Source: Octopus vulgaris (Eukaryota). From it: a DNA stretch of 64,000 bases. The position numbers and the translations under genes were made by a program. Positions 53,455-64,000 of this stretch are shown piece after piece (within the stretch, counting starts at the first letter, position 1; the number at the start of each line of letters is the position of its first letter). The notes beneath the pieces were generated by a model. That model saw only the letters and a program-made list of their open reading frames with translations, ran no database searches and was not told where the DNA came from. The stretch lies in assembly GCA_951406725.2 (NCBI GenBank), contig OX597830.1, positions 33,728,001 to 33,792,000 of the forward strand, given 5' to 3'.

Positions 53455-54110
53455 ATTATAGAATACCCAATACTATATATTTCTCTTGTGAATTTCACTA
53501 TCAGTAAGAGAGCCCTTGTGACAAAAGCACAACCTAAAGATAGTAATGATCATATCCTATTCTCTATCATTATAGAATACCCAATACTATATTTTCCTCT
53601 TGTAGTATTGGTGGGCTTCACTATCGCCAAGGAGCCCTTGTGACAAAAGGACAACTTTAATTACTTACCACCATATCCTATTCTATATAAATGTAGAATG
53701 TGGAGGTGCAGTGGCCCAGTGGTTACGGCAGTGGACTTGCAGTCATAGGATCGCAGTTTCAATTCCCAGACTGGGCATTGTGAGTGTTTATTGAGTGAAA
53801 ACACCTAAAGCTCTATGAGGCTCTGACAATGGGTGGGGTGGCGAACCCTGCTGTACTCTTTCACCATAACTTGCTCTCACACTTTCTTCATGTTTCTGTT
53901 GTACTTGTATTTCAAAGGGCCAGCTTTGTCACACTCTGCATCATTGCTGAATCTCCCCAAGAACTACACTAAAGGTACATGTGTCTGTGGGGGGCTCAGT
54001 CACTTGCACATTAATTTCCTGTGCAGGCTGTTCCATTGATCGGATCAACTGAATCACTCGTTGTTGTAATAGACAGAGTGCCACAATGAATTATAGAATA
54101 CCCAATACTA
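53455..54110. repeat. Local tandem repeat of about 115 bp, interrupted by a SINE
   Basis: attatagaatacccaatacta at 53455, 53569 and 54090; gagcccttgtgacaaaag occurs twice. Confidence 0.8.
53699..54086 (+). mobile_element. Family C SINE, full length, tail variant 1
   Basis: Head tgtggaggtgcagtggcccagtggtta...gtttcaattccc; tail gctgttccattgatcggatcaactg...gagtgccacaa. Confidence 0.9.
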
Positions 54111-54165
54111 TGTCTTTTTCTCATATATATATATATATATATATATACATAAATATATGATATAT

Positions 54166-54517
54166 CACTGCATAGTGCCAAAGATCCTAGTATCGCCATC
54201 AAAATACAGGACCAGATACTGCAACAGCTTGGGCTTCAAGGGCCCACAGCTCATCAGTATCCTTCCAAAATGCCTGAGAGACCTGCATGGTGTGGCTGTA
54301 ATTTCCTTTAAAACAAAACTGGATCTCTTCCTGTCAAGGGTTCCATAAGAGCCTACCTAGCAGCAAGAAACACAGATGTGGGCAGCAGCATCAAACTCCC
54401 TCATTGACCAAATTCCACATGTTGGAGGAGGTTTCAAATAATGGTGTTGCTCAGTCAACGGTGGTGCCCCAGCATGACTGCAGCTTTGAAACTGAAACAT
54501 TTTAAAGAATTAAAGAA
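54166..54517 (+). mobile_element. CR1/L2-group LINE 3' end
   Basis: HCIVPK..RYCNSLGFKGPQLISILPKCLRDL..FKTKLDLFLSRVP*EPT..AAASNSLIDQ, then a 3' UTR sharing the family A SINE tail. Confidence 0.8.
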
Positions 54518-54540
54518 AAAAAAAAAATATATATATATAT

Positions 54541-55095
54541 CATCATCATCATCATCATCATCATCACTTAACGTCCGCTTTCCATGTTAGCATGGGTTGG
54601 ACGATTTGATTTAGGTCTGGCAAACCAGATGGCTGCACCAGGCTCCAATCTGATCTGACAGAGTTTCTACAGCTGGATGCCCTTCCTAATGTCAACCACT
54701 CTGAGAGTGTAGTGAGTGCTTTTATTAGCCACTGGCACGAGGGCCAGTCAGGCAGTAGTGGCAACAGGAACCAGTCCAGTGGCACTGTCAGCGACCTCAC
54801 CTGAATATTTTTTCATGTGCCACCAGCACAAGTACTAGTAGCTGATGCAGGTGACGATCACACTCAAATGGTGTTTTTAACGTGCCATCGGCTCAGAGGC
54901 CAGCTTGTTGCTCTGGCCCTGATCTCACTCATATGGTTCTCTTAGCGCTCCACTAGCACGGATGCCAGTCATCGAATTTGATTGCCTCAACAAGTCTTTG
55001 CAAGCAGAGTTTTGTGTCCAATGAAGGAAAGGCACATGTAAGTGGACTGGTTACACCCCTGGCATAGGCCACAATGTTATGGTCTCACTTGCGCT
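54541..55095 (-). mobile_element. Family D element, subfamily 1
   Basis: (cat)n cttaacgtccgctttccatgttagcatggg, with internal tandem units. Confidence 0.85.
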
Positions 55096-55129
<34 letters not shown>

Positions 55130-55130
<1 letters not shown>

Positions 55131-55472
55131 TCGGGCCTCATGGAGGCAAAAGGGTTGAGTTCCTTTTGAATGTTGGGCCTCACAGAGGCAAAGACTGAGA
55201 CTGTTGGCATTATGTTGTGCTTCAGAAGAAGACCCATCAAGCTGAGGAAAATAACAGTCATGGCAGATACCGGTGTCATGCAAATGGTACCCATGCCAGT
55301 GGCACATAAAAGCAACTATTAAACTTTCAGAGTGGTTGCTATTAAGAAGGGCATCCAGCCGTAGAAAACCAGACTAAATCAGACTGGAGTCTGGTGCAGA
55401 CTTCCAGTTTACCAGCCCTGGTCAAACTGTCCAACCCATGCCAGCATGGGCAACAGACGTTAAATGATGATG
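55130..55472 (+). mobile_element. Family D element, subfamily 2
   Basis: gaagggcatccagccgtagaaa...ccaacccatgccagcatgggcaacagacgttaaatgatgatg. Confidence 0.85.
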
Positions 55473-55499
<27 letters not shown>

Positions 55500-55503
<4 letters not shown>

Positions 55504-56200
55504 GGGCCCAGGCTTGTTCATGTTTTCCATGTTGGATTTAAGCCCATATCTAACCTTGTATTGAAATCTTCTATGTTCACCGTGCCAAGTATTACCCATT
55601 AAGATGTTATATCTGGTTCAGCAGGCTGTTGCAGGATGAGTAGGTATGTGGCAGGCAGAAGTAAAATGGCCAGAGCAGGCGGTAGAGTTTTGTTGATGGA
55701 GCAGAGCTTTTGCCGCCATCGACGGTATGTTCAATGGTGCAGCGAAGTGAGGCTGAAGTAATAAATTTTATTTTTTGCCGTAACTTTTTCATTATTGATC
55801 CAATTTCAATGAAATTTGAGATGTAGATCAAGTTTGTGGTGAGGGTGATGCATAAGGTGTTTATTTAATTCAAGAGGGCTTGAAGAGGACACAAATGTAA
55901 ATAAGCATTTCCTTAAAGACTATTCTGTCGTTTTTGTTGAAATTTTACATGTGAAAAAATGCAAAAACTGCAAGAAAAAATAACATCATTATGGGAATTT
56001 CCATTCAAACACCCAACTGAGCTCACAAAAATCGATGCCAACTGAGCATTATTGAATAGCCTTATTTGAACTTCAGGGCGTGTGATCTACTGGTGTGCTA
56101 AAAATCATTAAAATCAGTTGGACGGTGTGGGAGGAGTTAGAGTAACCCCAAACACACATACATAGACAGACACCATTACACACTTATATATATATATAGA
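55500..56200 (-). mobile_element. Probable non-autonomous Helitron (3' end decayed)
   Basis: Minus strand begins A|TCtatatatatataa..gtctgtctatgtatgtgtg..caactgattttaatgattttt, like the 5' end of 21531-21914. No clean CTAG end. Confidence 0.5.
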
Positions 56201-56689
56201 TATAAGCAGTCATTCATTCATTTGTTTATTCATACGTACAGAAACAACCTCTAAAAGACAAATATATACAAATGCACTCAAAACTATTGAATTGATGTAA
56301 AATAGTCCTAAGTATGACTTTGATTAGTTCAAATATAATTTGACAGTAACATTAAAACTATAATGAAGCTGGGGACATTTACCTGTGTATATGTGCCTGT
56401 CTATTTAAGTGTGTGTATATGTGTTTGTATGAGTGTGTGTGTGTGTGATCTTAGGTGTATATCTGTGCAGCCATGTATAAATGTTTCTGTGACTGTATCT
56501 GTGTGATTTGTTGTTGTTCTTGGTTTATTTTATTTGTTTATTTATTTATTTATTTATTTATTTTCTCTATGATAAACTCATCAATAGCAAAACTTGTTAA
56601 ACTAATTTATCATTTGAACACAAATCATCTTAAACTATCAGAAACAAGCTATTAGAAAATATGTTTTTCAATTGTCTTGTGTGTTTTGT

Positions 56690-56798
56690 AATCATCATCA
56701 TCATCATCATCATCATCATAATTATTATTATTATTGTTATTGTTATTGCTATAGTTGTTCTCATTATTATTATCATTATCATTGTTGTAATTATTATC

Positions 56799-56890
<92 letters not shown>

Positions 56891-56897
56891 CATCAGT

Positions 56898-56995
<98 letters not shown>

Positions 56996-56999
56996 CAGT

Positions 57000-57074
<75 letters not shown>

Positions 57075-57120
57075 GCTGCTGCTAATATTAATATTATTAT
57101 TGTTCGTATTACTATCATTA
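56690..57120. repeat. (ATC)n/(ATT)n microsatellite
   Basis: Read directly; source of the poly-I and poly-Y ORFs. Confidence 0.96.
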
Positions 57121-57566
57121 TTTTTATATTTTTTTTTATTATTTATTGTTGTTTAGTGTAATGTTTATTGTGGTGTTTGTTTTATTTTTGGTTTTTTGTT
57201 ATTGTTGTGTATTTTGCAATGATGTTCTTTTATTATTATTTTTTTTTTTTGTCTACCTAGCTTTTGTTTTCTTCTTTATCTTTTTTACCTTTTATTTTCT
57301 TTTTTATAAGTGTTGTTGCCGCTATTTGAACTGTGTGTTTATATTGTTCTTTAGAGTGTAGTATTCATGTTTGTGTGTGTGTGTGTGTGTGTTTTGGTTC
57401 ATTATTTCATTGTTGTTCTTATGTTATTGTATGATGTTTTTAAGTAGTCTGAAAAATAAATAAATAAATAAATAAATAATGGTCAAAAATATTTTTAAAG
57501 AAAACAATGAAAAGAAACTGAAAGAAAACAAAACAAATAGAAAAGTAAGGTAAAAAGGAAACAGAA

Positions 57567-57714
57567 ATATATATATATGTGTGTGTGTGTGTGTGTATGT
57601 GAGTGTGTGTATATATGTGTAAATATATATATGTATATATATATATACACACACATATATATACACATATATATATGTGTATATATATGTACATATATAC
57701 ACACACATATATAC

Positions 57715-57762
<48 letters not shown>

Positions 57763-57775
57763 GTATATATGGATA

Positions 57776-57820
<45 letters not shown>
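57567..57820. repeat. (TA)n/(TG)n microsatellite
   Basis: Read directly from the sequence. Confidence 0.94.
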
Positions 57821-57822
<2 letters not shown>

Positions 57823-58302
57823 TAAAACAATAAATTAAACATTGACGAGACAAACAGTATATTTTGATAATCAAGCTGTAATTAATGAGAGTTTTGCTAA
57901 GAGCATCTTTTGACATAGTGTCATTAATTGTTAAAAGTTATATAAAAGTAGAAAAACAGAAAACAAAAAAAGTGAAGTGGGAGCGGGGGTGGATGGAAAG
58001 AGAAGCAAATAGAATAAGAGAAGAGACAAGTTGATGTGATTAAGATGATGATGATGATGATGATGATTTAGGCTAGGAAATATAAGAAAGGATACAGAAA
58101 TCTGAGGAAAAGTAAAAAGACAAACATTTTGAAGAGGTAAAGGAGAGGATACGTGAATATCTGCTATAGCTATCAGTATCATTACAAGCTACTACTACTA
58201 CTACTACTATTACTACTACTACTGCCAGTAATAATAACAATCATTTTTTTGTTATTAGTCTCAAGGGTCATTTAATGATAATAATAATTATTATTTGTAA
58301 TT

Positions 58303-58720
58303 AAGGTGGCAAGCTGACAGAAACATTAGCGTGACATACAAAATGATAAGTGGTATTTCGTCAAATTCCACTGAGGTCGACTTTGCCTTTCGTCCTTTTG
58401 TGGGGTCGATAAAATAATTACCAGTGGAGCACTGGGGCTGATGTAATTGACTATCCCCTCCCCAGAATCTTAGGCCTTGTGCCTATAGTAGAAATGATTA
58501 TTTGTAATTAAGGTAGCAAGCTGACAGAGTCGTTAGCAGGCCAGACAAAATGATTAGTGTTATTTCATCTATCTTTACATTCTGAGTTCAAATTCTGCCA
58601 AGGTCGACTTTGCCTTTCATTCTTTCAGGGTCGATAAATTAGGTATCAGTCAAACAGTGGGGTTGATGTAATTGACTAACCCTATTCCCACAAAAATTTC
58701 AGACCTTGTGTCTATAGCAA
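58303..58720 (+). mobile_element. Two tandem family B SINEs (58303-58496 and 58510-58720)
   Basis: Each is preceded by attatttgtaatt and starts aaggt.gcaagctgacaga. Confidence 0.88.
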
Positions 58721-59298
58721 TGACCATTGTAAGTAAGGCACAAAAACAATAGCTTTGATGGGAGGGGCTTAGCATATATCAGAGATGCCTAAAATTGAAT
58801 GATGCTTTTTTTCATTGACCCCTTGGAAAGAGGAAAGAAGCAAAGTTGATGTCAGTGGGATTTGAACTGCCAAAAAAATATTGCACAGCATTTTGTCTGA
58901 CAGAGGTTTCTGACAACCAAATGCTCTTAATCTTCCTCCTCATTATCATTTACCATCCATCTTCCAGGCTGGAATAAGTTAGACAGCTTATCAGGATTCA
59001 GCAAGCCAGAGGACTGCTTTAAGCTCAAGTGTCTGCTTCGGTATGGTCTCTATGACTGGATGCCCTCCTTAATGCCAACCACTTGACAGTGTGTACTGGG
59101 TACAATTTTTTTTACCAGTGAAGCCCCCCACCAAGTAGCGAGCAAGACAATAAAAATGACACCATGGCTGAGTAGGATTGGAGTAGAGAGGAGATGGTGT
59201 GGTTATGTTGCTGACTTTGATCAGGCATTTTCTACTATTACTATAGCCTTGCACTGACCAATGTTATGTGGATGAAATTGGCTGATGGAAGCCTGTGA

Positions 59299-59360
<62 letters not shown>

Positions 59361-59397
59361 CTGTAATATAATTTGTGACAATTATTCGGTTGCCATA

Positions 59398-59453
59398 ATA
59401 AGACTCTGAGTTTTGGATGTTGGGGAGGAAACCTCTGGCATCTCGTCAGTTAT
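59398..59453 (-). ncRNA. Type I hammerhead-like motif with G12 mutated, in a probable PLE 3' tail (about 59365-59630)
   Basis: Minus strand: ataa CTGACGA gatg-19 nt-catc c AAAA ctc a gag TC ttat; stems I, II and III all pair and the triplet is GUC. Confidence 0.6.
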
Positions 59454-59703
59454 AGAGGCAATCGAAAAATGCTATGAAAATAACTGTTAAACAAAGGGAA
59501 ATTACTATGTAATTGACTGTTTTTAAGACAATAGAGCTATTAGAATAACTGTTAAATAAGGGGAAAAAAGCAGAGGGGAGAAAGTAAAAAAGTAATGTAA
59601 AAATGCTCATAGAAATCGCGGATATACGCAGGTACATACATACACATGCATGGACGCATACACATGCACACACAAATATATATATATATATATATATACA
59701 CAT

Positions 59704-59750
<47 letters not shown>

Positions 59751-59926
59751 TAGATAGATAGATAGATGGATAGATAGATAGATAGATAGATAGATAGTTA
59801 TTGAAGCATGAATATGAAAATGTGTACCCCGTGTACATCAGAAAACTATTTGTTCACATGTAAATATATTTATATTTGTATATGAGTATATTTTGTGTAT
59901 ATTCTTACATATATGTGTGTGTGTGA

Positions 59927-59965
<39 letters not shown>

Positions 59966-59995
59966 ATAAATAAATTTTATCTTTTCTTATATATA

Positions 59996-60233
59996 TGAGG
60001 GTGAGTCAAAAAGTGATGCCATTTTGTTTAGGACAGGTATAATTATCAACACTGGAACATGTATCATACATCAAAATGAAGCTGGTTCTCTGTGGATCAC
60101 ATCCCTACTTCTTAACAGAGTCACCATTTCTCTCAATAGCAATGTTCCACCTTTGAATGAGAACATGTATATGTCCCCCATAAAATTCTGCTGACTGTTC
60201 GTTGAGCCACTTCTTCACTACAGTTTCCAGCTT
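59996..60233 (-). mobile_element. Mariner 3' end with TIR
   Basis: Minus strand reads KLETVVKKWLNEQSAEFYGGHIHVLIQRWNIAIERNGDSVKK*; end TA|tgagggtgagtcaaaaagt. Confidence 0.82.
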
Positions 60234-60496
60234 CTTTCTTCCAATTATTTCATCATTTTAAACAATTAATCCCTACACATTTTTTCTCTCACTGTTTTTT
60301 TTTTTCTCTCCCCATTTTATCACCTCTCAATCCATTCTGTCAAAGAGCATAGGCTTGAAACATCAAAGATTTTTCCATTCTTCCAGTGCATCAAACTAAT
60401 ACACTGGCTTGTTCCCGCACCCATCTTTGTCTTTTGTTTTCTGAAAATTTGAACTACATATATTCATGCATATATGTATATATATATATACACATG

Positions 60497-60534
<38 letters not shown>

Positions 60535-60559
60535 CTCACACACATACACACAAATGTGT

Positions 60560-60775
60560 GTGCGTGTATATTTGTATTAGTGTTTGGCCTCCTACAACTG
60601 TTTGGCAACAAGTATTGTTTGTTTACATCCTTGTATATTAGCAGTTAAGTAAAACAGGCCAAAAGAATAAATGCTAGACTTAAATAAAGTACTGGTTTGA
60701 TGAGTTTGACTAAACCCTTCAAGACAGTGTTCCAGCATGGCCACATTTGAATGACTAAAATAAGTAAAAGATAAA
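60560..60775 (+). mobile_element. Degenerate family A SINE 3' half
   Basis: agtgttccagcatggccacatttgaatgactaaaataagtaaaagat. Confidence 0.7.
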
Positions 60776-61037
60776 AAAAAATTATATATGTAAAAGAAAG
60801 CAATTGCAAAGAAAAAAATTAGAATGAAAGAGATGAAGAAAGTGTAGAGTGAGAATGAATTTAAGACAAGAGGATGTAAAGGAAAGAAAATAATGGAAAA
60901 TTGAAATGGTACTAAAGAGAAAAATATAATTAAAAATTAATGAACAATTAAATGATTTAGGATAATATTAGCAGCCACCAGTTAAGTGCACTTCCTGTGT
61001 CCAGAGACTGGCTTGTGAACACTCTCCACTTCTTGCT

Positions 61038-61280
61038 GTGTTGAGCAGCATGTGTGCTATCAGCTAGGCCCTTGTCCTTTGCTAATTCTTTGACGTCGTC
61101 AGTTCACAAACGTCTTTGAGAATCACTTGCTCTCTTACCCTCCATGTTTCCTATCAGGGTAGCTTTGGACAGTGATTCATGAAGCTTTGTTTGTCCTAAA
61201 TATAACTTTGTGGACTTGATACTTGATAATAGGTGTCTTTGAATTTTCAGCTTTTCTAGTAAAGCAATGATTTCCAATAT
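61038..61280 (-). mobile_element. RTE-clade LINE 3' ORF fragment
   Basis: LLEKLKIQRHLLSSIKSTKLYLGQTKLHESLSKATLIGNMEGKRASDSQRRL*TDDVKE resembles the RTE motif YxGHxxR..LEGKxEGKRxRGR..WxDDxK. Confidence 0.75.
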
Positions 61281-61795
61281 GGAACACACGTTAATTCTTC
61301 AGTAACACCATTGACTGTACATGAACATTTACTTGTAATATGGTATTAAAGTTTTCATCACCTCAAACTATAACTTGTTTACTGACAAAAAGTAGGGCTG
61401 CATTTTTCGTCAGTGACCGGATCACAGTTTTGAGTGATTAAAATTTTGAAGCATACAAAAAAAATTAACATCATTTTCCATCTTATTGTTAGTTTTGTCA
61501 TTTTGAAAAATAAACATTTACTTTATGGTTTGTCATTGTTTACATTTTGAATTATTTTTCTATATATTTTGAACCCTTTGCATATACTTGAGGGCATCAA
61601 AACCTTTTGGGCCTCTATGGGTCTTAATTGAGCCTTACCTCAAGGATATTTCTATTGATCTTATAAGGTAACAACAGCAACTGCAATCGCCTCCACCATC
61701 ATTTATGCACTCACACACATACAGAGTGAAAGAAAAACAGACAGACAAACACAGACATTAATATGTACCTGCCTGGATGTATAACATAATACGGG

Positions 61796-62162
61796 CAACC
61801 ACATGGTTCTGGGTTCAGTCCCACTGCGTGGCACTTTGGGAAAGTCTCTTCTACTATAGCCTCGGGTTGACCAAAGCCTTGTGAGTGGATTTGTTAGATG
61901 GAAACTGAAAGAAGCCTGTCGTATATATGTGTATATATGTGTGTGTGTATATATGTTTGTGTGTCTGTGTTTGTCCCTCCAACATCGCTTGACAACAGAT
62001 GCTGGTGTATTTACATCACCTTAACTTAGCGGTTCAGCAAAAGAGACTAATAGAATAAGTAGTAGGCTTACAAAGAATAAGTCCTGGGGTCAATTTGCTC
62101 AACTAAAGACGGTGCTCCAGCATGGCCACAGTCAAATGACTGAAACAAGTAAAAGAGAGAGT
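61796..62162 (+). mobile_element. Family A SINE, near full length
   Basis: caaccacatggttctgggttcagtcccactgcgtggc...ggtgctccagcatggccacagtcaaatgactgaaacaagtaaaagag. Confidence 0.9.
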
Positions 62163-63054
62163 AACCCAGAGAGGATTTCTTAGGATTGTTGGAAACAAGC
62201 TGTTTAGAGCCTTTGGCACAATAAAAATGTACTCAGTCCTTGTTTTAGAGTGTTTAGTGATAGGAAGGGTTTATAGCTATGGATATAGTGTTGAATAAAA
62301 GAAGGAATAAATGGATGTTGCACTGTATAGAGAGGACTGTTTAGCTTTTGTTGGAAATGACCTGTCTTGGAGAAGGAAAGGAAGAGGTTAATATTCTGTG
62401 TTGCTGTGTGTACAAGTCAGATTATGAAGGACCAAATGGTGTGGAATGTCATAAGAGAATCGTCCAACCCTGACAGCAGGAGAAGCCCTTTATGAAACGA
62501 TGATGATAATGATGATGATGATGATGATTCATAGACACACTCTCTCTCTCTCTCACACACACATACAAATACACACACTTACATGCTCAGGCAGACACAC
62601 ATAGTTGCACGCAATCTTAAAGTTGGGAAAAAGATTTTGCAAACAAAAAAAAAATCCAGAAAAGAAACCTATTTAATACAGACAAGAAGGAAAAAAATAT
62701 AAGAAAAATTCAATGGAAAACAGTTGCACAAAAATAAAGAAAACCTGAAAAATATTTAAAACAACAACAAAAACCAAAAATATACAACAAAAAAAAACCC
62801 TAAAGACTTTCTGCAGTGAGAACAAATGATGAAATGGTGTCATTATACAAACTTCAGTGAAAAACAAAGATGAAAGAAGGAGACGGAACACAAATGAGAC
62901 TAAGACAAGGCGAGACTTATCCTCGTCAACATTAAAATAGCAAGATGACGATGAAGACAACAACCAACCAATGGCAGACAATTAATTAAAGACCACAATA
63001 ACAAATACACAAACAAGAAAACTACATTACTCTCTTTTCAAAATAAACAATGTC

Positions 63055-63068
63055 AAACAACAACACCT

Positions 63069-63101
<33 letters not shown>

Positions 63102-63402
63102 GCAGCAGCAACTTATTTATTTAAAATTAACCAAAAAAAAACAAAAAAAAACAAAAAATTAATTATACTATTCTTACTTTCTGTTTTTAATTATCTGTTT
63201 TGTTTATTTTGTTTGCCATCAATTAATTCTTTTAAACAATATCTTTTCTTTTTGTTGTATTTTTTTTTTCTTGTTTGCTTGCGACATCCCTGCTGTTTCA
63301 TTATGCTTTATATTTTACCTGATCTTGTTGTTGTTGTTATTGTTGTTGTTGCTCTCGCTGATGAGAATGATAACAGTAATAATGGTAATGATGATGATGA
63401 TG

Positions 63403-63450
<48 letters not shown>

Positions 63451-63576
63451 CTAATGATGGGGATGGTGGTGGCAATTTTGTATTTTTATTTACATCATTT
63501 TAAAATTCTATATATTTACTTTTCTTTCCATTTTATTGTTAATTTGTTGTTCTTAGTTTATTTTATTTTATCCCAT

Positions 63577-63608
<32 letters not shown>

Positions 63609-63618
63609 GTTGTTGTTC
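63055..63618. repeat. (AAC)n, (GAT)n, (AAT)n and (TTG)n tracts
   Basis: Read directly from the sequence. Confidence 0.85.
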
Positions 63619-64000
63619 GAGTGGTGGGAGGTAGTCGTAGTTTAAACTTCTCCCATGTTTCAGTTCAACTCTTCCTTTTACCCCCCACCCCACCCCCGCA
63701 CCACGCCTCATACTTCCTCCAGCCTTCTGACTAATCTCTTGTTCGTTAAATTTTCTCAGACATGCATTTAAAAAGAACAACTTACCCTTACTTACATGCA
63801 TGCACAGATACTTACTTGCATCGATGCACGTACACGCACTTACACACAACATGTGCACACAACACATACACACAACACGTACACACGTGTATATAAACAA
63901 TAGCAGTAAACAATAGAACAGAAAAATCATTAACTTTGATGTTTTTTAACAGCAAGGAGACTGACAATTGTTGGTTCTTTTTCTTCTTGTTGAGCATTTT

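Noticed and set aside
61290-61620. Possible Tc1-like transposon end
   Set aside because: Only a vague TIR-like end, with no partner TIR or coding motif.

Overview
AT-rich, microsatellite-dense eukaryotic DNA with no recognisable host exon, rRNA, true tRNA or CRISPR array. The repeat families point to an octopus (cephalopod) intron or intergenic region; this is an inference from SINEs resembling the octopus OK/OR families. Almost all ORF-track entries are translations of simple repeats. Real content: (1) three tRNA-headed SINE families, called A, B and C here; (2) a (GAT)n-tailed RTE-derived element, family D; (3) decayed RTE and CR1/Jockey-group LINE fragments; (4) mariner, maT (DD37D) and hAT transposase relics; (5) hAT-, piggyBac- and Merlin-like MITEs and Helitron-like elements. 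The most interesting signal is a Penelope-like (PLE)/hammerhead system. A 600-bp palindromic insertion at 39066-39665 is flanked by a 13-bp TSD. Each arm consists of a tRNA-like Pol III head, an (AAT)n tract and a PLE-type minimal hammerhead motif. Nearby, a PLE relic (41058-42050) keeps its GIY-YIG C-terminus and a 5' inverted repeat, and further decayed hammerhead-like motifs lie at about 59.4 and 60.3 kb. Family assignments come from motif recognition by eye, not from database searches.
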